Shown: positions 40,315 to 53,000 of the stretch, piece after piece
Layout: each line of letters opens with the position of its first letter
Numbering within the stretch: position 1 is the first letter of the stretch
Assembly: GCF_021869535.1 (NCBI RefSeq)
Contig: NW_026262745.1
Coordinates: 32,736,001-32,800,000, forward strand
Direction of reading: 5' to 3'
Source: Mytilus californianus
Taxonomy: Eukaryota
DNA: 64,000 bases
Program-made: the position numbers and the translations under genes
The notes under the pieces: model-generated
The model's input: the letters and a program-made list of their open reading frames with translations, nothing else
Told to the model about the DNA's origin: nothing
Databases searched by the model: none

Positions 40315-43300
40315 TCATTTTGACGTCTTTGTTGTTGTCGTCATATTCTTTCCAGCTCTCCATCTTCTCCTAGAGAAATGGGGAAAAAACAGTAAAATAT
40401 GTAAAATACGCTTTCTCATTAAATAAACGTATAACTATAATTATTTGATTGCATAAAAATAGCATTGAATAAATGTATGATATCGATTTCAGTGCGCAAA
40501 ACTTTTTTTTTTATCAAAATAAAGAGATGGGTATGATTGCCAAGGAGACAACTATCCATTGGGGGTGGGGGAGGTTTACACTTTATAAAGTACGCTCGAG
40601 ACCAAAGTTTATGAAGTTAAATACATACACTTTCATTAGAATGCGCTAAAGAAAGGCCTATATTATAGCCGACTATACGGTATGAGGTTTTCCTATTGTT
40701 GAAGGCCGCACGGTTGCCAATTATTGCTTACATCCACTTCATTTGAACTTTCGTGGATCTTGTCTCATTGGTAATCATACCACATCTCATTATTTTAATA
40801 CTAAACAGAACGGCTAAAAACACGCTTTAGATTATTTTTCATAGAAGAAGTTGCAACTTTGTCGCAGTACCGTTCCATAATGAAGAAACTAAAAAATTGA
40901 ACAGTAATTGTATAACAAATTTTGCCAGGATATGGTTTGTTCGAATTAAGAATTCGTAAAAAAGTTTTTGCATTATTAGCTACCAAATTCTTATTTCATA
41001 TTATTGAATTGAAAAAAAATTAATGGCCAATTTAGGCTTCTGATTTTCATAGATTTTGCATGTTTTTATATCTTAACTTCCTCTTTATAAACAAAAGCAA
41101 AGAAGATTTATAATTATTTAAGGACAAATACTAATAGCAGGTTTATAAAGTGCCATTGGAGAATAAACATCTTAAAATTTATCTAGTGTTTTCAAAATCA
41201 GGGACGATTACTGAAGTCTTACGAATTTATCCTCTGTCTGGAAATGAGCGTTGTATCGAGGCGAATGAGATGCGACTGAGAAGATATCTCATGTTAGTTA
41301 TCATGCAATATTAGAATTTAAGCAATTAAAGTTTATGTCTCCTTGCTTCATCGTTCCTGATGAAGCCAAGTATAGAAAAGCACTTCCGACGCACGTAATT
41401 TATGAAGTGTTATTTTTATTAAATATTCACTTTCAAACATAATATGTACGTTCTTCAATATTCAAGTGAAATTTTACAATCCTTTATAAATGCATTGCTG
41501 TGGGGATTCATGTATCTTATTTAGGTACCTCAATAAATTCCAAAAATACTGCCTTAACTTACCTTCCAAGGCAAATTCCAGCTGGAATGATGATCGCCAA
41601 TAGAAATGCAGCAAGGATAACAATAATTAACCAGGATAAATCAGCACTAGAACCTGGAAACAAATAACATGGTACATATACTTTAAAGTGAATACATGTA
41701 TTAACAAAAGGCAGTCGTGATATTAAGTTTCCAACCCCCACATAAACACTTTTAACAGTTTGTCTTTGTTTCAGTGTTAATTTCATCAAAAGATCTATAT
41801 TATCCAAATCTTTTTGTATCTTTTTTATATACGAGATATAAGATGATGACAGCGGCTGTTTAACGTCCATATATATCTCACAATTTTGCTAAATGTATAT
41901 TTTTCTGATCTTTTAAGATGGTTTTGTACGAGGTCTTAGTTATATAAGTACCAGATCAAGTCAGTTAAACGGGGAGCACGAATACCGACTGAATGTTGGA
42001 ATATCAATCCATCAGACAGCATTTTGATATATTTGATCGGTGTGAATGGAGATTTTAATTTTAATAAAATTAGAAACATTTATTTTAAAACTGCCTCGTG
42101 GTCTCGCGATTCTCTGCGAAGAAGCAGCATGTAGGATTAGAAGTAAAGATTGGTCGGTGCGAAGTCATTGCCAATCATACCACATCTCTTTTCTTCTTAT
42201 TTTGAGCGTGTAAATACATGTATGTAGACTTAACAGGTTCAAATTTTACTAAGCGTGTCAGTCTGCTACAAAGCAAGTATATTCATTTTTAATTATCATG
42301 CTTTCGACTTGACTGTGCAAGGAATATTTGTCACTGGACGTTAAGCAGACATCAATCAATACATTAAACTTTTCTCTTTTAAATGTACAAATTGTTTTAT
42401 GGTTCTCGCCCTTTTAATATCATATCATTAAAGAGGAAACTGGTATAATAACTTTGTGAGCAATTAAAAAAATCAATATTTTTTTGAAAAGGTAACACAT
42501 GACATTAGAATAATGCTGAAAGAAATTTTACCTTCAACTTCCGGTGGTGCAATTGTACTTGATGTATTATAAGTAAAAGCTACAATAAAAAGTTTTATAA
42601 AATGTAATCCATATATCAATGAATGACTTTATACATTTTAAGATTGGTTTTATCGAAGGAAAAGATATGATTTACAGTGTTTAAACATTTTTAATACCAT
42701 AAACATATCTCTGTTAATATCATAAACGTAAACTATTGTCTATCTTCTTACGTATATACAATACAGCAAGTATTAGACATTGTAGTGGTGGTTGTTTGTT
42801 GCTGTATACAGGCGCTAATCCAGGATTCTTTTTAAAGGGGACGTAAACTCCAAAACAGGAGATGAGGAGAAGATATACACCGGAGCGAGGCGAACAAATT
42901 TGGATGATTTTTTTGCCAAAAAAAAATTTTTTTCCAATAAAACGGGGCGTACGCCTTCTACATCCCCCTTATTCTGCCATTAGCAGATCATATTTGTTTT
43001 ATGAATTACCCAGGCCGGCAGTTTTATATTTTTTTCACATTTGCCATATCGATGCCTTTTGTGTATAGGTTTTGCTCATTGTTGAAGGCCGTATGGTGAC
43101 CTTTAGTTGCTAACTTCTACTTCTTATTTCAGTCTCTGATGGAGAGTTTTCTCATTGGCAATCATACCACATCTTTTTATTTCTAAATTGAAGGTTTAGT
43201 TACGTATTCGTATTGTACAACACCATTTCGTAATATTATCTTTAGTTCCTGTAGGTGTTATTTTTATTTGTTTAAACATGTTAAAACAGACAACGATACT

Positions 43301-43394
43301 ATAAAACATATATATTAAAGGTAAATATAAACACGATACCTGTACTTATACAAGCTAGTATATTCCATGCAAGAATTAATTCATGATGTTCCAT
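40315..43394 (-). CDS. Small type-I membrane protein, array copy 3 (82 aa); exons 43394-43340, 42579-42532, 41653-41563, 40369-40315
   Basis: All GT-AG, phases 1,1,2, 249 nt. MEHHELILAWNILACIST-AFTYNTSSTIAPPEVE-GSSADLSWLIIVILAAFLLAIIIPAGICLG-RRRWRAGKNMTTTTKTSK*. Exon 1 is the least certain (weak signal peptide). Confidence 0.72.
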
Positions 43395-44069
43395 TGTAAT
43401 CCTTTCATTCTGTAATCTTTTCTAGTTTCTGTTTTTCTCAAGTCATAAACACATTATTTAGATAGTGTTACACGTGATTGCATATACAGTTGATCTCTTG
43501 CCATTAAATATCGAATATCGATCAATGAATTTAAAATATATCACTTTTTGTACACAATTGTGAATGATTATTGAAACGGTAAATACTAATAATGTTAACC
43601 CGTGTCTCTGTTCGCTATTACCGCACCATAGACTATTTAATAACAAAATCGTAAAAATATTATTAGTTTTACATTTGTTATTTTAATGAATTATTAATCA
43701 TACACCACAGACTTCCACTGAAATAAAGTAAATCAATGAATGCATAATCTAATTGTTATAAATTTCTCTCTTAGAGCAGGTACATATCAGGTATGGATTG
43801 CATTGGTCACATAAGCATTATAACTCTCTGTAAAATAATGAGCAGAAAATACCAAGGATACAATCAAAATCACAAATTGAAGGAAAAACAACATTATGAG
43901 AGTTCAGTACTATTTGGTAGAGGGGTCTAATGGGGTCTTAATAGTTGCTCTTGTCTTAATCATTCAATGGTTATAGCATGTTATTCTAATTCAGAACTAG
44001 TTTGAAATTCTAAACTTTTCATTGAACCGTCTACACAGTAATTATGCTTCTAAATAAATATCGGACTGA

Positions 44070-46380
44070 AAAGAAAAATAACAAAAATACCAAACTCCAA
44101 GGGAAATTCAAAACGGAAAGTTATTTATAAAATGGCAAAATCAAAAGTTCAAACACATTTAACGAATGGAAAACAACTGTCGTCATATTCCTGACTTGGT
44201 AAAGGCATTTCCTTATGTATAGAAAATGGTGGATCAATCCTGGTTTTATAGCTAGCTAAACCTCTCACTTGTGTGACAGTCGCATATAATTTCATTAAAT
44301 TGACAACAATGTGTGAACAAAACAAACAGACATAATAGGAAAAAATGTCAAAAATAGGGGTACAGCAGTCAACATTGTGTTATAATCTTAATCACTATAA
44401 AAACAAACAAATATGTCAACGAAAATGGCATATAGACAAAGCACATAAGCAAAAATTAATGCCAAGAATACAACAAATTACCATAGCACAATAACACAAT
44501 GGCGGAAACTATAAGTACCGAGCCACGCCAATAGGATATTACCTAAGATGGACTAAACAGTTAAGGTTAATAATTTACAAAGACAAATAAAAGAACACTA
44601 TAACACGTTATTAAGATAATAAACAACGTCAGTACCTAGAATATATACTGCAAGAAAATCATGTATTATTTGTGAAGTTGCTCCTGGATATTTATCAATA
44701 AGGTCTTTGTATCTTCCGATTAACTTTTGTTTAGAAAAAAGAAGAGACGTTTTTTGACATAACCCTGGTTCATCAACTTTCTGCTCAGGCACTGGTGACT
44801 TTTTGTAAAGTCTGAGTAGCAGCTGCAAGCTCTTGAATACCGAATGCGTTGGGAAATGTATAGCCATATACAGGTGAAGTTGGTATATTGCTACTAAGGT
44901 GGGGGAAATTGATAATTTCAAAATTAATATCGTCTCGTTTGTCATGGATTCTGGTACTGAGATGACCGCTTATGTCAAATTCGAGGTGTAAGTCTAAGAA
45001 TGAGGTGGAGGAAGCCGTGTCTGTTGTTTCTTTAATTTCTAGTTCCGGAGGACATATTCATGGAACCCAATCAGAAAAGTTTGGATTGTTAATGAAAAGA
45101 ACATCATCTATATATCTGAATGTGAAATTAAATGATCTGGCTTCTTTGATCTTCTTATTTTTGACAAGTGTCTGAAGGAACTCCGACTCATATAAAAATA
45201 AGAAGAGGTCGGCAAGGTGAGGCACGCAGTTCGTTTCCATATGATTGCCGACAATTTGTTGAAAAGGTATACCTCAAAATTCAACAAATATGTTGTCAAT
45301 AAGAAACTCCAGCATACTGATTACTTGTTCCTCTGTGTAGCATGTTTTACCTTTTTGTTCACTATTAACAAAATATGCCGTATGGTATCCAAAATTAAAA
45401 AAATTATAGCGAAGGCTACCATTTTTATATTGAAAGGCATTGTGGTTTTCTTTTAGACGATTTTTCAATTTCACATGGGGAATGGTGGTATACAGGGTTG
45501 AAAAATCAAAAATTTTGAAAGAAATAATTTCAGAGAAAGATCGAGATTTAAAATTATCCAAAAGTGTTTAGAATCCACATATGGTTAATAACACTACGCG
45601 AGTAAACAATTTCACAGTATTTCTTAAGACGCTCTTTCACTGCGGACAGAATTTTTGTCAATCTAATGGACAATTCCTTTGTAGAACATGCAGATGAGCC
45701 GGCAATGTACCGTTGTTGGTACGGAATTTTTGTGAAGCTTAGGTATTCAATACAAACAAGGTAAATCCTCAGATTTGCTTTTCAATATACTGTTCATTGA
45801 ATCCATGAAGGACTTATGATTCGCCTTGTCAAATGATATGTTTTTGTATGTGGGATTACCTGAGTGCTCATTTATTCTTAATTCTTTTACAAGACACTCG
45901 TAGTAGTACGATTTACATACAAAGACAATATTATCTGAAGCTTTGTCTGCAGGAACAACACCATATTTGTCGTAAGGAGATGATAGACATTTCACAGCTT
46001 CTTTGTCTTTTCTCCTTTAGTTCAACTTTTTCACAATATTTATATTTGCTCTCAAGGCCTTCTAGATAATTATAAAGCATCTGCATTTGTATGACTGCGA
46101 CCTTTTCTGAGAACGATTTCAAAATCATAATCAAAAAGCATTTTAAAGCAACAAGCTCGTTGGAGTTCCGAGTTTTTGAAGTGTTTTTTTTGCCATGATC
46201 CACTGTGAAGTGCTATATCTGTCCAGTTACAACGAAAACACTTCAGGTGTTCTACAAATGCAAATAATTCTTTACAAGTTACACAGTATGAACTTTCTGA
46301 TTTTGACAGAATTTTAATGTAACAAAGGCCTTTTCGTTTCCTTCCTGGATTTGTGAAAGTACTACACATAATCTTACATT
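44070..46380 (-). mobile_element. Degraded Penelope-like retrotransposon (RT and C-terminal region plus 3' noncoding end)
   Basis: Fragments PADKASDNIVFVCK, FDFSTLYTTIPH, ADLFLFLYESEF...FRYIDDVL, LEIKETTDT...FLDL, NFEIINFPHLSSNI. Many stops and frameshifts. Confidence 0.9.
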
Positions 46381-46399
46381 ACTTGTATCTGTATTCAAT

Positions 46400-46640
46400 A
46401 TTGAATTTCCCCTCCCTAGTAGGAAAATTCAATATCGGGGATTATGGTAATCTGCTTTTCTGTGTGTTGTGCTTCGGTACATTCAAATGATTTATAACTG
46501 CTCCAACAAAGATATGAGGAGGAAAGATTAAAAATGACACTCCGTAAATTTAATAGACACCATCACGAATTGGTTGATCTGTACGATGTGTCTGTGTCTA
46601 AACTAACTAACGACATCTTTACCACGTCTTAGATTGAGGT
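46400..46640 (+). mobile_element. Penelope-like C-terminal fragment of a different subfamily, opposite orientation
   Basis: Reads LQQRYEEERLKMTLRKFNRHHHELVDLYDVSVSKLTNDIF. Confidence 0.6.
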
Positions 46641-47499
46641 TTACCGTCTACGTCGTCTGTCAGCTAAGTACCGAACGTGACCTATTCCCGAATATGACTG
46701 TTTTGCCGAGTGTGAATTCGCATTGCTATACGACGTGTCTCGGTATTTATACATCCAACATTCATGTATTTAGTTATGATCTTTCTTTTGTAAGTACGGT
46801 TGGATATTGTGTTATGTCTTATCGTTTATAAATTCTGTATTTTCAGTACATTTCACATATGTCTTATTTGTCAGTGTAGTCGAGTTATTTTCTATTTTCC
46901 AAGGATAAAGTATTGTGTTAGTCAAAATAATTATGACGTCGTCACACATTAATTTAAAATAGCCTTTCAAGACCGTCATAATCATGATAATTATTTAGAC
47001 TAGTATTGTGAAAATAATTGTGAATTTTTGGATCTCGTTTCAAATAATCGTATCAATTTCAAGATTATATAAACGTCACAAAAATACGTCACATTTTGAC
47101 GCTGTTTGTGGTGTCCTGTGCTGGTTTCCGTTGTTATTCTGCGGTTTACATGTTGTAATGTACTATTATATTATTTATTTATGCATTTATCTGTGCTGAG
47201 TGATCTTGCGTTTGTTTGTACTGTATTCCTGTTACGTAGTGTTGTCATTTTAGCGATATGTTTTAACATTTTTTTGTTGAAGTTCAGTGTTTCTGTTGTT
47301 CCGTTGTTTTCCTCTTATCATGCTTATAGTTGATGTGTTTCCCTCGGTTTTAGTTTGTAACCCGGATTCGTTTTGTTTCTCTTAATCGATTGATGACTTT
47401 TGAACAGCGATATACTACTGTTGCCTTTATTATAATTGTGTTTCATTTGGTCTAAAGATTTTCCAATATCAACAAACCCCCGTATTAATTTTCTGCTAC

Positions 47500-48190
47500 T
47501 CAGAATTTGTAAAACGTCATCGGTGTCTGAGCGAAAACACAATGAACCAGGGTTTTGTCAAATATCGTCTCGTCCTTTTTCTCAAAAATTTCATCGGAAA
47601 GTACCAAGACCTAATAAATAAATATTCAGTGTCTACTTCACAAATGATACAATATGGTCTTGAGTTATAGATTCTAGGTGCTGAAGTTGTGTATCTTTTT
47701 TATTTACTTTACAGTTTCCCCTTTATTTGTCTTCGTGCTATTATGTTTCTTTTTGTTGTATGACTTTTGACACGACACGCATCCCGCTATAGGGTTTTAA
47801 CTTTGTGCGTTCCTGGTGCAGGTGGGTCCCGAGGTGCGATTCGGACGCTAGAGGTTATTACAGGGTTGTTTCTATTTTGTTTACCCTTGTATTTATTTAC
47901 TTAATTTGCACTTTTTCGAGAAAGTGTATACTATATACGAAATATACTATCAACTACAAAAACTGTTTTATCGACGTCTATTTGGATTGCTCATCCATTT
48001 TTTTCAATATAACTGTCATACAAGTAGGATGTTTAGCTAGCTTTAAACCCAGGTTTAACCCACCATTTTCTTTGGAAAATACCTGTACCAAGTCAGGAAT
48101 ATAACAGTTGTTTTCCACTCGTTCCGTTGGTTGAAAAAGTTTGATTTTGTCATTTTTTATAGACTTCCCCTTTTTGAATTTAGCTTTGAG
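47500..48190 (+). mobile_element. Second copy of the Penelope-like 3' end, inverted relative to 44070-44780
   Basis: tgaaccagggttttgtcaaatatcgtctcgtcc and gtttagctagctttaaacccagg are reverse complements of sequence at 44720-44770 and 44200-44260. Confidence 0.65.
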
Positions 48191-48499
48191 TTTTTAATTA
48201 TTGGACATCAAATCATGACCCTTTGATTTGAAGTCTTCTAGTTTCCCGAACGATTTATTGTATTTGCCCGTTTGGCTTTTTAACGAAAGACATCTTATCA
48301 TATTCCTGTTAAGTGTAATTTTTTTATCAGAGAAGTGGCTAAAGTCATCTGACTGGCAGCTTAATGTTTGAAAATCTAAAGTGATTTAAAAAAATTTACT
48401 TCATCTGTCAAAGATCTAACAACTTGTTTGAAACTAGAACAGACTGATTAAGTTTCATTTTCAAATGACCCTTTATCATTTATCGATCTTATTAGTTTA

Positions 48500-48900
48500 T
48501 GTTTAGCTTTGTCTGTCATCTTGTTGGTTTCTAATCTGTTATGTTATTAGGCTTGGCTTGTCTGAGCCGAGGTTTAATGTCGTGATCGTCTAGTCCATCT
48601 ATGAAATAATCTACTGAGAGAGAGTGTGTTAAGTAACTGAGTATCAGCTTTTGGGTAAGCTTGCCAATGGCGTGTTAATTTCATAATAGAACTAGCTTAA
48701 TCTGAAATAGTTTCATCTCTCTTTCTTGAGAATCCTTGTAATTTAGATATGTACCTTTGTACACAACCAAACATTCTTGATAAAGCTTCCCTTAATTTTA
48801 CAAAGTCCCTTCTGTCTTTGTCATTTGATTTGCCCAATACTGCCCTATCAACTACCTTGAGACTACTATAGCTATCCAAGGAAAGACCCTTATCTCTTTG
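48500..48900 (-). pseudogene. Degraded Ty3/Gypsy gag remnant
   Basis: Broken frames DFVKLREALSRMFG...QGFSRKRDETISD / QAYPKADTQLLNTL / DYFIDGLDDHDIKPRLRQAKP. Confidence 0.65.
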
Positions 48901-50035
48901 ATTCCAACTATTTACATCAGAAGTAATTTCATACCGTTGCTTTTTGGCATAATGAGTGCAAATGTTGTACTCGGTGCAATTTTGGTACTATTCCGTTACA
49001 TCTGATTGACATCACTGGTTTGGTAAACCTCATCACAATATTTTTGAAGACTGGCCATCTTTAAATGTAGACAGAATGGTAGTAAAAACTATAGAAAGAC
49101 ACCTAGACGACCCAGCTATATGTTTTTCTTGATAAGGATTTTTGTAAAGTTTAGTTATCCACTATAAAGACGGAAGATTTTCATCGTCCTTTTAGGTGTG
49201 TATACCAAAGGAGAGAATGATGGGTTTTTGATTTTCTTAAATCTCATTTTGCGGGAATGATGTAGCTGAGGGAATCCCAGATTTGCTGTTATTACTATAA
49301 TGTATGTTTACAGATTAAGATGCTGGATCTAAATTATTTTCACATTAACCTATTATGTCTGTTTGGGCTGCTCACGCAATTTTGTCAAGATGATGGAACT
49401 ATAAACAACTGTCATACAAGTGAGAGGTTTAGCTAGCTGTAAAACACGGTTTAATCCAACATTTTTTCGGGAAATGCATGTACCAAGTCGGGAATATAAC
49501 AGTTGTTTTTCACTCGTTCCGTTGGTTGATAACAATATTATAAGTTGGTTATAATGCCTTGCCAATATTAATTCAAGTATCCCAATGCTATGTCAAGACA
49601 GACAAACATGAAAATGTTGTAGGTGAAACAATTCCTGTATAGAACACAGGTCTATGGAAAGCAAATGAAGAAAAAGCTTGATGTGTTGTGAGAAATCTGT
49701 CCAACCTAGGATATATATCTCTAAAATTCTAAATATAGAAACGAAATTGATTGTTTTCAAATTGAAATTTTGTTCTAACCAATAACATTTAGTACTAGCA
49801 CATGGTTGGCTTAAATGGATAATAAAATTGGTAAACATTTTAATCTAAAATCAAAGCAACAATCGACGAAAGTATTTGTATAGTATCATAATGATATATC
49901 ATGATCATAAAAATGTTAAACAATAAAATATCAATACTTGTTGTAATTTTGAAATGTTACAAAAGTATTTATCTTTTAGATTTCAAATAAAGACTATTCT
50001 CTATCCTGTAGAAGATGTTGTCACATTCCTCAATG

Positions 50036-53000
50036 CTACCCGCCTCGCCTTCTCCTAGTGATAAAATTATAGAAATAAATGCAAGTTAACCTAGAATATC
50101 CCTTTGGTATCTTTTGGCCAAATGTATGAATTTACATTCTGTTCTCTAATGTATATTTAGCTATATGTTCTAGCAATCATAAAATAAAATGTTGTGTGCT
50201 GTAGGTGTTTTTTTTATATTGTGTTAATAAAGATCCTGAAATCCAGTGTTTGCCTATAGTTACTATCTGTCAACAATGTTTTTCCTTTATCCTTGTATCA
50301 CACATAAGGCTGTTTGTTTTCTCTTTTGAATTGTTTCGCATTTTATTATAACAAGAATTTTTTATAGCTTTCTATACATTGTTGATTTTTTTAGGCCTAC
50401 AGGGATCTGAAATTGTTCACATCTGTGTCGTTTGGTCTTTAATAAATAATTTTCTCATTGTCAATCATTCCAATTATTCTTTTTTTTTTTTTTACATTTT
50501 TGTTTGACTCTGTAATGTTTTGGCCAAATGCGAATACAGAAAAGCGCACCATAGTGATTATACTATCATATAGTTTCCATGCACCCGAGATAAACTAACA
50601 TTGTATTAAATCATACCAGGAGATTAAAACATTGTGATCCGGAGATTTTTTGTTTTAGACATTTTTTCGCTAAAATACTGTAACATAGTCCTCAAATATT
50701 AAACAAGGATAATCTCAGAAATAGTATTCGTCAAGCCTCGATGATAAAATATATGTCATCACAAAATGTGACAAGCTTTCAGTTTATACACTTGTAATCC
50801 TTCGGTAATCTTATAAACATGACAATTAGCCGAGGTATCCAAAGCACTTACTTCCTACCATAGACTAGTAAGGGTTTTGCTCATTGTTGAAGGCCGTACG
50901 GTGACCTATAATTGTTAATTTCTGTGTCATTTTGTCTTTTGTGGAGAGTTGTCTCGTTGGCAGTCATACCACATCTTCTTATTTTTATATAGACTAATTT
51001 TGGAAAAAATTATAAACCGATCCTTAGAGGTTTTCTTTATTTTCCTTACCATGAACCATAGAAAACATCATTTTCAACTAATATCAACTTACCTTACAAT
51101 CAAAACTACACGTGTGATCACACCAGCAATGAATAAAAGTGCAAAAATGATACCAGCAATTAGCCATGTGTGTTTGGTATTCAGAGAATCTATACAGATA
51201 AAAACAAAACAAATAATAATACAGTCTTTATATAAAGAAACTCCTACCACTTTACCCCCTTAAACAAATTTAGAATGTCCGCAGCTGTGGTAATATCAAG
51301 CTGAGTATATATGATAAGTTTTACCGTAATGAAAGATGAAATGCTATAAATTGATTCTCTGTATTGTATTTACAAAAGAGAGGCGAAAGATACCAAAGGG
51401 ACATTTAAACTCATTAGTTGAACATAAACTAACACTGACAACGCCATGGGAAAAAAATAAAGGGGAAAGACCAGCAGACAAACTTTAACTTTTATTTCTG
51501 CTACTTTTATTCGCCGAGAGAAAAGTATTTAAAATAGTAACGGATAAATAAATTATTTAATTTGCTTGAATTATTGAAGGGTAATACCTCATTGTTTTGT
51601 AAACGATAATGATATTTCAAATACATATTCATACTGGACACATACCGAATGAGAATAAAGCTGTAAAATAAATATAACACTCTATTTTCTGGTGTCTTAA
51701 GCGCTTTTCTGTAAAAACTTTAATCAGGAACATTGAAATCCAAAAATTGAAAGCCAAGGTTGTATAAGGGAACGACCATTTAACTTCAAGGGGGCTTATG
51801 GTTTTTCCTAAAAAAATATATTCTGATCCCCAATTTGATGAAAAAATATTGTGGTCAAGCAGATGACAAACAAAAAAAAATATTCTAAATCCAGATTTCC
51901 CCCATACCTTATAGTGTTAAAATTTAAAAAAAAAAATAATTTGATTGATAGCGTCGAAAAGCTAAAAAAAAAATCTGACTCGGACAAAAAACCATAACCG
52001 CCCCCCCCCCCCACCCCCCCCTGAAGTTAAATGGTTGCTCCCTAAAAACCTAAATAGGAGCTACACATAAATATTTGTTTATATGTCCGAAAGTGGAACT
52101 TAAAGGAAATGCCAAATTCGTCTACGATCAACTTTACCTGAGAGAGTGTGAACCTTTGTTCCTTAATAATGAAATTATATACCTTTAACGTGAGGTGGTG
52201 GTGGTGGTGATGTACTGGGTATGTCAGTAGTAAAAGCTACAATGAAACGCATATATGTGATAACTATTTTGAGACCTGTTATATCTACATAGATCGAGGG
52301 AAAAAAACAAAGATCGTAAGAGATGTATTTATCAAATAAAAAATCAGGTCTTTCACATTGCTCCGTTTGATTTGTTTTTATCGGCACGTTTCACAATGAC
52401 TTTACTCCGTTAGATTTGTTTGTAGCGGCATGTTTCCATGTGACTTTGCTTCGTTAGATTTGTTTTTGTAGCGGTGTGTTTCACTTTGCTTCGTTTGATT
52501 TGTTTGAAGAAGCATGTTTTACATTGCTCGGTTAGATTCATTTGTAGCGACATTGCTCGGTTAGATTCATTTGTAGCGTCATGTTTCACATTGCTCGGGT
52601 AGATTCGTTTGTAGCGGCGTGTTTCACATTGCTCCGGTAGATTCGTTTGTAGCAGTCGTGTTTCATTTTGCGTCGTTTGATTTGTTTGAGGAGGCGTGTT
52701 TTACATTGCTCTGTTAGATTCGTTTGTAGCGTCGTGTTTTACATTGCTCGGTTAGATACGTTTGTAGGGTCGTGTTTTACATTGCTCGGTTAGATTCGTT
52801 TGAAGCGTCGTGTTTCACATTGCTCCGGTAGATTTGTTTGTAGCGTCGTGTTTCACATTGCTCCGGTAGATTCGTTTGTAGCGTCGTGTTTTACATTGCT
52901 CGGTTAGATTCGTTTGTAGCGTCGTGTTTTACTTTGGTCTGTTAGATTTGTTTGTAGCGTCGTGTTTTACATTGCTCCGGTAAATTCGTTTGTAGCGGCG

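Noticed and set aside
41559-41870. 103-aa minus ORF as a standalone gene
   Set aside because: It is the copy 3 TM exon (41653-41563) plus intron read-through.
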